From Chloroflexota bacterium (lineage in GTDB: Bacteria; Chloroflexota; Dehalococcoidia; GIF9; AB-539-J10), in contig JBBIMO010000003.1 of assembly GCA_037444365.1 (NCBI GenBank), positions 10,854 to 74,853 of the forward strand: a stretch of 64,000 bases of DNA. The letters run 5' to 3'. Shown here in pieces: positions 31,938 to 41,248 of this stretch. The translations under genes and the position numbers were made by a program. Under the pieces are notes generated by a model that saw only the letters and a program-made list of their open reading frames with translations, was not told where the DNA came from and did no database searches. Position 1 is the stretch's first letter. Each line of letters opens with the position of its first letter.

Positions 31938-32156
31938 CTAGTTCCTCCCGGTCACAGCAGAAACGCAGCTGGTTCTTGTCTTGATAGCCTCCACTTGAGC
32001 AAGGCTGAATAGCCGCCATCCTCGCCAGTCCCGGTACTCAACATCAGACACTTTGCCTTCCTTCAGCCATTTGAACAGGGTGTTTCTGCTGATGCCAACC
32101 ATCCGGCAGACCTCGGCCGTCCGGTAATATATTTGGCCATCAATCACAATAGACAT
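31938..32156 (-). CDS. stand-alone MerR/excisionase-type helix-turn-helix protein
   Basis: YYRTAEVCRMVGISRNTLFKWLKEG...RDWRGWRLFS; 72 aa with no effector domain. Confidence 0.8.
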   Translation of the reverse strand: MSIVIDGQIYYRTAEVCRMVGISRNTLFKWLKEGKVSDVEYRDWRGWRLFSLAQVEAIKTRTSCVSAVTGRN

Positions 32157-32193
32157 GGCTTTTTCCAATGAGAATACTCAACTATGCCAGAAC

Positions 32194-32224
32194 ATACTAT
32201 GACGCACATGTAGGTGAGTGTCAA
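32194..32224 (-). promoter_or_regulatory. promoter of the HTH-kinase-HD-GYP operon
   Basis: TTGACA with CATAGT at 17 nt or TAGTAT at 19 nt spacing. Confidence 0.5.
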
Positions 32225-32290
32225 TCACCCATTTGTACCGGTTACTCTGTTACTTTGGTCCTAGCCTGTTCAGAGACTCCCCGGTTGGTT

Positions 32291-32310
32291 TGATATCTGA
32301 TATCTGATAT
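32291..32310. repeat. heptamer tandem repeat (TGATATC)x~3
   Basis: tgatatc tgatatc tgatat. Confidence 0.7.
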
Positions 32311-32591
32311 GGGGCACTGGCCTTGTTTCCTCAACCTTCTGTTCAGGCTGCCCACAAGTGGAGATGCTTCTTCGCATTCCAGACAAAGAGACTGTAATAC
32401 CGTAATAATGGTAACGGCTCGCCAAATCACCCCGTTTCTGCCTTGATCGCCTCGCATGTGCCCTGCAGGGCGGCTGTAATTGCACCATTCCCTGCTGGGC
32501 TGCCTCTTTCCGATGGAAAGAAATCCGGAAATAACCTTTTGTCTGACCCCGCCTAGAGGAACATAGGGCTTACCAAGATACTGAGAGCAAC

Positions 32592-32620
32592 TTGACAGCA
32601 CAGCAGATATATGCTAGATG
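32592..32620 (+). promoter_or_regulatory. putative pha operon promoter
   Basis: perfect TTGACA, 17-nt spacer, TGc-TAGATG (weak -10). Confidence 0.45.
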
Positions 32621-32653
32621 TATATAGGTGCAGCTAAGACGAAGGGGACTAAC

Positions 32654-33118
32654 GTGACAAAGCATAATAATGATGGTGATAAGGGAACGGAGGGCCTTGG
32701 ATCACCTAGAGAGATGCCCAGGGATTTCCTGACGCCATGGTTGTTGCTGCTCCTGCATAACTGGAATATGCACGGCTACCAGCTCATGCAGATGATGACA
32801 ATCTCTGGATTGGCATCCTTCGACCCAACTACCGTGTACAGGGCACTGCGGCGACTTGAGGAAGAAGGGCTGGTAATCTCAGGTTGGGAGACGGGCGACA
32901 GTGGCCCAGCCAAACGCGTCTATTCTATTACAGAAGCGGGAGAGAAACTCCTAGGAACCTGGACCTCAGCGCTGAAGGAATACCAGGGCATACTCGATAG
33001 ATTTTTTGAGCTTTATGCGGAGGCAAAGCAGGCTCGCCGTCCAAAGAAGCCAAGAAAGCCCTCGGGCCAGTCTACCATTAATGATCAAGCAAAAGGAGGC
33101 AAGGACAATGAATGGTGA
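32654..33118 (+). CDS. phaQ: PadR-family PHB-responsive repressor, PhaQ-like
   Basis: MPRDFLTPWLLLLL.NWNMHGYQL..VYRALRRLE..W.T..GPAKRVYSIT..YQ..LDRFFELY resembles Bacillus PhaQ; first gene of the pha cluster; GTG 32654 after GAAGGGG. Confidence 0.8.
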   Translation: MTKHNNDGDKGTEGLGSPREMPRDFLTPWLLLLLHNWNMHGYQLMQMMTISGLASFDPTTVYRALRRLEEEGLVISGWETGDSGPAKRVYSITEAGEKLLGTWTSALKEYQGILDRFFELYAEAKQARRPKKPRKPSGQSTINDQAKGGKDNEW

Positions 33119-33392
33119 ACAGGTACCCAAGCAGCTCCTGGGGATGTGGAAAGGTTCCTGGGAGACCTACGTCAAGACACTAAAAGCCGCAGGGGAGCAG
33201 AGCGACCGCATGTTGGACATCATGCTACAGCAAAGTGAGGCCCTTCAGGAAGAGACGAAGAAGCTGATCAAGGAGTGGGCTAGTAACTACAGAAAGATTA
33301 GCAGAAGCTACCTGGATGCTGTTGAGCAGAACGTTAGCAAGATCGTAGAGACGCTGGAGCCAAAGGAGAAACCAAAGGAAAGAAAGGGCTAG
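33108..33392 (+). CDS. phasin-like PHA granule protein
   Basis: 94-aa amphipathic all-helical protein; SD AAGGAGG; overlaps the phaQ stop, as in the phaQP order. Confidence 0.65.
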   Translation: MNGEQVPKQLLGMWKGSWETYVKTLKAAGEQSDRMLDIMLQQSEALQEETKKLIKEWASNYRKISRSYLDAVEQNVSKIVETLEPKEKPKERKG

Positions 33393-33441
33393 GCACTGAA
33401 TCAAGTCGCTTGTTGCTGATAGCGCAAAGACATAGCCAGGA

Positions 33442-33942
33442 GTGCCGACCGAAGGTACGCCAGCAGAAATGCAGCCAGCAGACTCGCGTTTACTGAAGTG
33501 GTGGGGAGAGTTGCTCATTGGTTGTGCCGCGAATCTTGAAGTACTGAAGCGACTCACTGGGACCGGGGTGGGGACTGAGCAATGGTATGACCTCTGGAAG
33601 TCTGTCCCCGGGGTTCCGGAGCCACCCCTTCCTATTGAGGACGTTGACGAGGCACAACGGATGTGGCTGGCAATATTCGGTGCCGTGCCTCGCCGTGATT
33701 ATGACAATCTTAAGGGACGGCTGGCTGTGGTCGAAGAGGAATGTGAGAAGTTAAGGAGCGCTTTGAACCAGGTTACGCAGGCTATGACGGGTTTGAAGAA
33801 CCTTCCGGAGACAATGGCTCCTTGGCTCCAACTCGCCCAGATGACGATCAACAATCATATGGACTGGCTGAGTGAGTTGGGGAAGAGCTGGCAAGCAGAC
33901 AAAGATAGCCGCCCGGCAAGCGAGGACACAGACTGTTCCTGA
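33442..33942 (+). CDS. hypothetical protein in the pha operon (Trp-rich, coiled coil)
   Basis: FGAVPRRDYDNLKGRL..EEECEKLR coiled-coil motif; same strand, inside the cluster; start uncertain (33442 or 33469). Confidence 0.65.
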   Translation: MPTEGTPAEMQPADSRLLKWWGELLIGCAANLEVLKRLTGTGVGTEQWYDLWKSVPGVPEPPLPIEDVDEAQRMWLAIFGAVPRRDYDNLKGRLAVVEEECEKLRSALNQVTQAMTGLKNLPETMAPWLQLAQMTINNHMDWLSELGKSWQADKDSRPASEDTDCS

Positions 33943-34048
33943 TAAGAAGTGATGTGCCGGGCCTCTGAACTTGTGGCTTGATTGTTGTACGAAACCACCT
34001 GTATCTTTCCTAGCACTGCATAGCAAATAAATAGAAGGATGTGAATCA

Positions 34049-35212
34049 TTGGAAAAACAGACACAACAACCGATAGACGTTGCATCATTGTGGTTCGAGT
34101 GGCAGCGTAACCTCTGGGAAAATTGGATAACTGCCACCGTCAAAGGAACAGAGTCAGCCCAGTCGATGTGGCAAGGGCGCGCTGCCTTGGACATGCTTAC
34201 CGCGTGGCAACAGACCTGGTCGAAATCACTCCCGGCGGTATTTCTCGGGAAAGAGCCACCTGACGGCCTTGGAGCCACTGTCTACAAGCGGTTGTTGGAT
34301 GCCTCCAATGTCTATACCAATCTGCTGGCTTTCTGGGCCAGGTCTTCTATGCTGTTCGCACAGCTGACACCAGGCACCACACCGACCACGGAAAAACTGA
34401 AGGAGATCTATGACGAGTGGGTTAAGGAATATGAAACTGCTATGAGTTCACTCTGGGGCGCTTATTTTCCCAGGGATGCTGAAGAAACGGTCAAGGCTTA
34501 TCAGAGTGCTACTTCTGCTTCCGCTGAATCCGCCTGGATCTTCATGGAACCGTTGCTACGAAACTTGGAACGGCTTCCTGCGATACTAACCAAAATAGCC
34601 AAAGGAGATCCTGGAGCCAGTATCGAACTGACAGGACTGTGGCGGAAGAACTACGAGCTTACACTTGGCAAGGCGCTACGGGCCCCCTCAATGGGCTCTT
34701 TCCGCGAGTTCGCCGAGAAGGTGAACCAGACTGCGGATGCTTATGTTCATTACAACGTAGCTCTCGCTCAGTATTTTGGGCTCTTCTACCAGAGTGCAAT
34801 GGGCGCTGCGGAGAAGGTATTCCAGCGCCTCAGTGAGCTGAAGACCCAGGAGGTCACCCCTGAGACCCTGCGCGAGTCCTACCGCACTTGGTGGACAATC
34901 AACGAAGACGTATTCAATCAGATGTTCAGGTCTGAGGAGTTTACTAGGCTACTTGGAGAAACACTGCGGCAGGGACTCCTCTTCAAGAAGCAGCTGGATG
35001 ACCTCTCAGATGAGATTACGAAGTTCACCAACCTGCCCACTAAGCAAGATATGGATGAGATATATAGGACCATCTACGAGCTGAGAAAAGAGGTTCGCTG
35101 GCAAAGACGTGCAGTGAGAGACCTGGAACGGCGCCTGGGAACCGTTGGCGCCAAAGCCGAGTCGGGCAACAAGGTAAGCAGGACGTCTATACGTCGTTCC
35201 AAGAGAGAATAG
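34049..35212 (+). CDS. phaE: class III PHA synthase subunit PhaE
   Basis: Trp-rich helical protein; PhaE box-like NLPTKQDMDEIYRTIYELRKEVR; YRTWWTINEDVF..FRSEEF; directly upstream of phaC. Confidence 0.88.
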   Translation: MEKQTQQPIDVASLWFEWQRNLWENWITATVKGTESAQSMWQGRAALDMLTAWQQTWSKSLPAVFLGKEPPDGLGATVYKRLLDASNVYTNLLAFWARSSMLFAQLTPGTTPTTEKLKEIYDEWVKEYETAMSSLWGAYFPRDAEETVKAYQSATSASAESAWIFMEPLLRNLERLPAILTKIAKGDPGASIELTGLWRKNYELTLGKALRAPSMGSFREFAEKVNQTADAYVHYNVALAQYFGLFYQSAMGAAEKVFQRLSELKTQEVTPETLRESYRTWWTINEDVFNQMFRSEEFTRLLGETLRQGLLFKKQLDDLSDEITKFTNLPTKQDMDEIYRTIYELRKEVRWQRRAVRDLERRLGTVGAKAESGNKVSRTSIRRSKRE

Positions 35213-35235
35213 TGCGTGGTCAAGGAGAGTTCGAT

Positions 35236-36444
35236 ATGAGCGACAATGTCATAGAGGTAATGGCTAAGGAATCAGCAAGAGTGCAGCAGAAGCTCTTGAA
35301 GGGACTGCAGAACGTGTTGCAAGTCAAGGATGTGGAGACCGGTGCAACGCCCAAGGAGACAGTGTACCAGGAGGACAAGGTCAAGCTCTACCACTACAGG
35401 CCGGCGGGAAAGAGCATCGTTCCGGTGCCGCTGTTGGTGGTCTATGCTCTGGTCAATCGTCAGTATATGATGGATCTCCAGCAAGACCGATCCCTGTTCA
35501 GAAAGCTACTTGAGGCTGGCATCGACCTCTATGTAATTGACTGGGGTTATCCGTCAAAGATGGACAAATACCTGACAATGGAAGACTATATTCTGGGCTA
35601 TCTCGACAATATCGTCAACTTTGTGCGTGAGCGGACAGGCAACGATAAAATAAACGTTATGGGCGTTTGCCAAGGCGGGACATTCGCATTCATATACTCT
35701 GCGCTTCTTCCCCAGAAGGTGAGAAATCTGGTGCTGATGGTTGCACCCATAGATTTTGATACTCGTGATGGACTACTCAACGTCTGGTCCAAAGTCATGG
35801 ATGCTGACCTGATGGTAGATGTCATGGGGAACATACCGGGCGAATTCATGAACCTGGGATTCCTGTGGCTTAAGCCTTTCCAGCTCATTCTCGACAAGTA
35901 TGTGGGGCTACTGGACAACATTGATGACCCTGATGTTGTACAGAACTTCCTCCGCATGGAAAAGTGGATATTTGACTCTCCGGACCAAGCTGGGGAAACA
36001 ATCCGAAAGTTCGTCAAAGATCTCTATCAGGAAAACAAATTGATCAAGGGTGAACTGATCCTGGGTGGTCGCAGAGTCGATCCTAGGAAGATTACTATGC
36101 CCATACTGAACATCTATGGAGAGCAGGATCATTTGGTGCCACCACACTGCTCCTGCTGCGTCGAAAAAGTGGTCGGAAGTAAGGACGTAACCACCAAGGC
36201 TTTCCCTCTGGGGCACATCGGAATGTACGTGAGCTCCAGGTCGCAGAATGATATAGCACCTACAGTCTCGCGATGGCTGACTGCAAAGTCAGCTGTCGCT
36301 CCAGAGGCTGGAAAAGCAATCAGACCCCAACGCATCGTTTCGCGAACAAGGCCGCAGACCGCAGGAAAAGGAACAACCAGAGGCACGAAGCAGAAGAGCC
36401 GGAGAAGAGCGACGGCTTTTGAAGCTTCGCCCTCGGAGGAGTAA
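35236..36444 (+). CDS. phaC: class III PHA synthase subunit PhaC
   Basis: GATPKE, PLLVVYALVNRQYMMDLQ, IDWGYP, lipase box GVCQGG, FLRMEKWIFDSPDQAGE, catalytic D (EQDHLVP) and H (GHIG); SD AAGGAG. Confidence 0.96.
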   Translation: MSDNVIEVMAKESARVQQKLLKGLQNVLQVKDVETGATPKETVYQEDKVKLYHYRPAGKSIVPVPLLVVYALVNRQYMMDLQQDRSLFRKLLEAGIDLYVIDWGYPSKMDKYLTMEDYILGYLDNIVNFVRERTGNDKINVMGVCQGGTFAFIYSALLPQKVRNLVLMVAPIDFDTRDGLLNVWSKVMDADLMVDVMGNIPGEFMNLGFLWLKPFQLILDKYVGLLDNIDDPDVVQNFLRMEKWIFDSPDQAGETIRKFVKDLYQENKLIKGELILGGRRVDPRKITMPILNIYGEQDHLVPPHCSCCVEKVVGSKDVTTKAFPLGHIGMYVSSRSQNDIAPTVSRWLTAKSAVAPEAGKAIRPQRIVSRTRPQTAGKGTTRGTKQKSRRRATAFEASPSEE

Positions 36445-36528
36445 TGGCGGAGCACTCTAGGGACAGGCAAATGCTTCGCTACTACGGGACTTGATACAGA
36501 ACTGGCGAGACCGAGGAGACATACAATT

Positions 36529-36951
36529 ATGAAAGGCAAGACAATCCATGAGATCAAGGTGGGTGACGCCGCTGAGCTCACTAAAACCGTCACCGACGCG
36601 GACGTGGTGCTTTTTGCCGGGATCACAGGTGACTTCAACCCGGCTCATGTGAATCAGGTCTGGGCTGCCAGCACGCGCTTTCGCGGGAGAATTGCCCACG
36701 GGATGTTGTCGGGCGGAATGATCTCTGCAGTTTTAGGCATGTACCTGCCCGGACCAGGTACAATCTATCTGTCACAGGAATTGCGATTTCTCGCCCCGGT
36801 TCATATCGGCGACACGATTACCGCACGAGTGGAAGTACAGGAATTGATTAAGGAAAAGAATCGAGTGCGCCTACGAACTACCTGCCAGAATCAGGATGGC
36901 GTCATCGCGGTTGACGGCACGGCTATTGTCTTAGCACCGGCCACGACTTGA
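36529..36951 (+). CDS. phaJ: MaoC-family (R)-specific enoyl-CoA hydratase
   Basis: hydratase-2 motif FAGITGDFNPAH, RIAHGML, PGPGTIY, FLAPV; last gene of the pha cluster. Confidence 0.88.
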   Translation: MKGKTIHEIKVGDAAELTKTVTDADVVLFAGITGDFNPAHVNQVWAASTRFRGRIAHGMLSGGMISAVLGMYLPGPGTIYLSQELRFLAPVHIGDTITARVEVQELIKEKNRVRLRTTCQNQDGVIAVDGTAIVLAPATT

Positions 36952-37189
36952 GAATACGTAGCGTGTAAACGGACACCCTTCCTCAAGAGCCATTGGGCGG
37001 CAGTTGGCAGATGAGCACGGATTCTGAGTGCACCTTGCACCAAGAGGTAGTATGAACTGCTGAGGAGACTTCGCTGTTGTTCCAGGCTGTTCTGCCTATA
37101 CCCCAGAAGGCCAAGATGCACAGAACCACAGTGCAGCCGGAGATTCCCTCCTTGAGGCAGCGGGAAGCGTTGCGGTGGCAGCCACGATC

Positions 37190-39178
37190 TCATGGCGAAA
37201 TCAGTTCCTCATCTTTTCTTAGTTCGATTATGCGGTCGCGAATCATGGCGGCTTTCTCAAACTCCAGATTCCTGGCTGCTGCTTTCATCTGGGATTCCAG
37301 TTGTTTGATAAGTTGAGCTATCTCCTCCTTGGGAACAGGAGCAGCCAAATAAGGCACCCTTGTCTCAGCTACTGCTTGGACTCTCTCAGCTATGTCCTTG
37401 ATTGCCTTTCTGATTCCCTGGGGAGTTATGCCGTGTTCCCTGTTATAGGCTTCCTGAACCTGGCGCCGCCGCCACGTCTCATCAATTGCCCTTTGCATTG
37501 ACCGGGTAATGTTATCGGCATACATAATTACATGGGCATTTATGTGTCTGGCAGCACGTCCCATAGTCTGAATAAGCGCCTCCTCAGACCTGAGATACCC
37601 TTCCTTGTCGGCATCCAGTATGGCTACCAGACTCACCTCGGGCAAGTCCAGGCCCTCACGGAGAAGATTGATTCCCACCACCACATCATAGACGCCAAGA
37701 CGGAGGTCGCGCAGAATCTCCACTCGCTCCAGGGTCTCTACCTCCGAATGCAGGTAATGAGTCTTAATCTCCATCTCTCTCAAGTAGTCGCTCAATTCCT
37801 CTGCCATTCGCTTCGTCAAGGTAGTCACCAAACAACGCTCGCCTTTAGCGACTCTGTTTCTTATCTGATGGATCAAATCATCAATCTGTCCCTTAACCGG
37901 CTTGACTTCCACCGTAGGCTCCAGTAGCCCAGTGGGCCGGACTAACTGCTCCACTACCTGCTGGCTGCGCTCATATTCATAGGGCTTGGGTGTAGCAGAG
38001 ACATAGATAACCTTATTGATGTGCTTGCCAAACTCCTCAAAATTCAGTGGGCGGTTATCCAAGGCTGAGGGGAGGCGAAAGCCGTAGTCAACCAGTGTTT
38101 GCTTGCGGGCAATATCACCGTGGTACATACCCCTTATTTGCGGCAGGGTCATATGTGACTCATCGATGAACAACAGGAAGTCATCAGGAAAGTAATCGAG
38201 CAAAGTCCAGGGAGTGCTTCCCCGTGCCCGCCGCTGGAGATGTCGGGAGTAGTTCTCCACTCCGCTGCAGTATCCCACCTCCTGAAGCATTTCGATATCG
38301 TAGTTGGTTCGCGCTTCAAGCCTCTGAGCTTCCAGTAGCTTTCCCTGCCTTCTTAACTCCTTCAGCCTTTCCTCCAGCTCGACCTTAATATCCCCGATGG
38401 CTGCCAGCAGTTTTTCGCGAGAGGTGACAAAGTGCTTGGCAGGGTAAATATCCACCTGTTCGCGCTCAGCCAGCACTTCACCGGTTAGAGTGTCAACCTC
38501 CACGATACACTCTACCCTGTCTCCCCAGAATTCGATCCTGAGTGCTGTCTCCTGATAGGCAGGCTGAATCTCCAGGGAATCGCCCCTGATTCGGAACTTC
38601 CCTCTCGTGAAATCATAGTCATTCCTCTCATACTGCATATCCACCAAGCGGCGCAGCAGCTTGTCTCGCTTGTAGTGTTTGTCCCTTTCCATAGTAAGAG
38701 CAAAGCCATGATACTCCTCAGGGGCACCCAAGCTATAAATACAGGAGACCGAAGCTACAATGACCACATCCCGGCGAGTGAAAAGCGACATAGTAGCGGA
38801 GTGTCGCAGTTTGTCAATCTCCTCATTTATGTCAGTTTCCTTTTCAATATACAGATCCGTGCTGGGGATATAGGCCTCAGGCTGATAGTAATCATAGTAG
38901 CTGACAAAATACTCCACGGCATTCTCGGGAAGAAATTCCTTGAACTCCGTTGCTAGCTGAGCAGCCAGAGTCTTGTTGTGACAAATAACCAAGGTTGGCC
39001 TCTGTATCCTCTCAATGACGTTAGTCATGGTGAAAGTCTTGCCACTGCCCGTGACTCCCAGCAACGTCTGTTCTCGGTAGCCTTTGTTCAAGCCCTCGAC
39101 CAGTTTGTCTACCGCTTGAGGCTGGTCGCCGGTAAGATGAAAATCGGAGACTATTCTAAACCGGGGCATCGCGTTCAC
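37190..39178 (-). CDS. uvrB: excinuclease ABC subunit B
   Basis: [40 protein letters not shown]. Confidence 0.98.
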   Translation of the reverse strand: MNAMPRFRIVSDFHLTGDQPQAVDKLVEGLNKGYREQTLLGVTGSGKTFTMTNVIERIQRPTLVICHNKTLAAQLATEFKEFLPENAVEYFVSYYDYYQPEAYIPSTDLYIEKETDINEEIDKLRHSATMSLFTRRDVVIVASVSCIYSLGAPEEYHGFALTMERDKHYKRDKLLRRLVDMQYERNDYDFTRGKFRIRGDSLEIQPAYQETALRIEFWGDRVECIVEVDTLTGEVLAEREQVDIYPAKHFVTSREKLLAAIGDIKVELEERLKELRRQGKLLEAQRLEARTNYDIEMLQEVGYCSGVENYSRHLQRRARGSTPWTLLDYFPDDFLLFIDESHMTLPQIRGMYHGDIARKQTLVDYGFRLPSALDNRPLNFEEFGKHINKVIYVSATPKPYEYERSQQVVEQLVRPTGLLEPTVEVKPVKGQIDDLIHQIRNRVAKGERCLVTTLTKRMAEELSDYLREMEIKTHYLHSEVETLERVEILRDLRLGVYDVVVGINLLREGLDLPEVSLVAILDADKEGYLRSEEALIQTMGRAARHINAHVIMYADNITRSMQRAIDETWRRRQVQEAYNREHGITPQGIRKAIKDIAERVQAVAETRVPYLAAPVPKEEIAQLIKQLESQMKAAARNLEFEKAAMIRDRIIELRKDEELISP

Positions 39179-39353
39179 TCACCTTTCACAAAAGCAACAA
39201 CTATCAATATATAGGAAACTGGAGAATCTTGCACAACCGAAAGAAGGACATCTTTACAGAAGTCGTTTCAGATCGGGATATTGCTTCAGATGTCAAGCTA
39301 TGCTATAATTGTGCATAGTCAATATGCAATACGAATGAAAGGAAACCGACTAC

Positions 39354-39596
39354 ATGAAGTCCTACGAGGAACTTGTTAGAGAGCAGGGGAAGAGAGAAGG
39401 TAGTTTCTTGTCCGATGTGGGGGAGTTGTCTGATTTTGAGAACAACCTGGGTCAGAGGCGAGACGAAATCCTGTTCAAGATAACCACTGAGATGGAAGAT
39501 ACCAGGAATGCCCTTAGTCAGGTTGAGCAACTCGCTCAGAGGCTCAGGAAGTATCTTGACCGGCTAAAGAACATATATCAGACTCTCTCTAAGTAA
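39354..39596 (+). CDS. hypothetical coiled-coil protein
   Basis: 80-aa heptad-rich ORF; SD AAAGGA; TGCTATAAT at 39301-09. Confidence 0.65.
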   Translation: MKSYEELVREQGKREGSFLSDVGELSDFENNLGQRRDEILFKITTEMEDTRNALSQVEQLAQRLRKYLDRLKNIYQTLSK

Positions 39597-39622
39597 GGTA
39601 AGGTCACGCAAAATACAGTGTA

Positions 39623-41086
39623 ATGCAATCTGAGTCGGAAACATCGGTTAGAGTCCGTTTTGCCCCGAGTCCCACAGGGTATCCACATTTAGGTAACATC
39701 AGGACAGCTCTATTCAACTGGCTTTTTGCTCGCCACCACGGCGGCACGTTCATCCTAAGAATTGAAGATACAGACATTGCGCGTAAAGTGGAGGATGCGG
39801 TGGAAGTGATTCTGGGTAGCTTGCGGTGGCTGGGATTAGACTGGGATGAAGGGCCTTACCTCCAATCACAACGCTTGCTCACCTATCGTGAATTTGCCCA
39901 CAAATTGCTTGATGAGGGGCATGCATATTCATGCTACTGCTCCCCAGAGCGATTGGAGACCATGCGTCAAGAACAGGTGCAACGTAAGCAGCCACCGAAA
40001 TATGATCGCCACTGTCGAGATCTGACACAACATGAAAGAACAAAGGTAGAGGCATCAGGTATTACCCCAGTAGTCCGATTCAAAACTCCTCTCGAAGGTG
40101 AAACTACTTTCTATGACCTAATCTACGGACAGGTGACTTTCAAGCACGATACCTTAGACGACTTCGTTCTGCTCAAGTCCGATGGTTATCCCACGTACCA
40201 CCTAGCTAATGTAGTGGATGACCACTTGATGGCTATCTCACACGTGCTAAGAGCCGAGGAGTGGCTCTCGAGCACTCCTCGCCATGTCTTGCTTTATCGG
40301 GCCCTAGACTGGCAACCTCCGCATTTTGCTCACCTGCCTATGATACTAGGACCTGACCGGGCCAAGCTATCCAAGAGACACGGGGCCACCAGTATTCAGG
40401 AATACCAGACACAAGGTTATCTCCCGGAGGCTATGGTCAACTTCCTGGCGCTTCTGGGCTGGTCTCTTGACGATCGAACCGAGCTAATATCTCGAGAAGA
40501 ACTGACAAAACACTTCTCTCTGGAAAGGGTAGGGAAAACAGCGGCTATCTTCAACAAAGACAAGCTGGAATGGATGAATGGGGTTTATTTGCGGAAGCTG
40601 AGCGCGGCGGAATTTGTCCGCCATGCCATGCCGTTTATGGATAGAGCTCTGCCAAAGTTGACGGCGTGTCCATTGGATCAGAATTACGTCAGCCAGGCTC
40701 TGTCGCTCATTCAAGAACGAGCCAGAACCCTAGCTGAGGTTCCTGAGCTTGCCAGTTTTTTCTTTTCCGACGAGCTGCAATATGATAGAGGCTTGCTTCT
40801 GAAGGGGAGGATGGATGTCAAATCGGCAGCTACGGCTGTCACAATTGCTGCACAGAAGCTGCGAGATATAGCGACCTGGGATGCTACCACGCTTGAAGGC
40901 ATGTTGCGCCCCTTGGCTGCAGAGCTAGACTTGAAAACAGGGAACTTCTTCGGACTGTTAAGGGTAGCTGTTACAGGACGTACTGCGGCGCCACCACTAT
41001 TTGAGACGATGGCAGTACTGGGAAAAGGAAGATGCCTGAGACGACTTGACTTGGCGTTGGAGTTGCTATCAACTTGTTTCAACTAG
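39623..41086 (+). CDS. gltX: glutamate--tRNA ligase
   Basis: RFAPSPTG, HLGN, RIEDTD, KLSKR. Confidence 0.97.
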   Translation: MQSESETSVRVRFAPSPTGYPHLGNIRTALFNWLFARHHGGTFILRIEDTDIARKVEDAVEVILGSLRWLGLDWDEGPYLQSQRLLTYREFAHKLLDEGHAYSCYCSPERLETMRQEQVQRKQPPKYDRHCRDLTQHERTKVEASGITPVVRFKTPLEGETTFYDLIYGQVTFKHDTLDDFVLLKSDGYPTYHLANVVDDHLMAISHVLRAEEWLSSTPRHVLLYRALDWQPPHFAHLPMILGPDRAKLSKRHGATSIQEYQTQGYLPEAMVNFLALLGWSLDDRTELISREELTKHFSLERVGKTAAIFNKDKLEWMNGVYLRKLSAAEFVRHAMPFMDRALPKLTACPLDQNYVSQALSLIQERARTLAEVPELASFFFSDELQYDRGLLLKGRMDVKSAATAVTIAAQKLRDIATWDATTLEGMLRPLAAELDLKTGNFFGLLRVAVTGRTAAPPLFETMAVLGKGRCLRRLDLALELLSTCFN

Positions 41087-41186
41087 AATGCCAAGTCTAG
41101 CTTAGCAGCTGTTTTCCTGGAGGTCTTGTGTAGCTTACCAGAGTGCTCGGAACCGACAATCTCCTGTTCAGAAAGCGTAAAGGGTA

Positions 41187-41202
41187 TTGACAAAGCTTTG
41201 TC
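41187..41202 (+). promoter_or_regulatory. -35 box overlapped by a perfect 14-bp palindrome
   Basis: TTGACA 41187-92; GACAAAGCTTTGTC 41189-41202. Confidence 0.5.
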
Positions 41203-41248
41203 CTTATAGTAACAATATAGGTGGAGCGAAATCAAAAAGGAGGGCACA

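Noticed and set aside
31938-32156. Excisionase marking a prophage or ICE
   Set aside because: No integrase, att repeats or phage genes nearby; the gene is operonic with a two-component system.
39179-39300. LexA box upstream of uvrB (also checked upstream of pcrA)
   Set aside because: No GAAC-N4-GTTC match found by eye.
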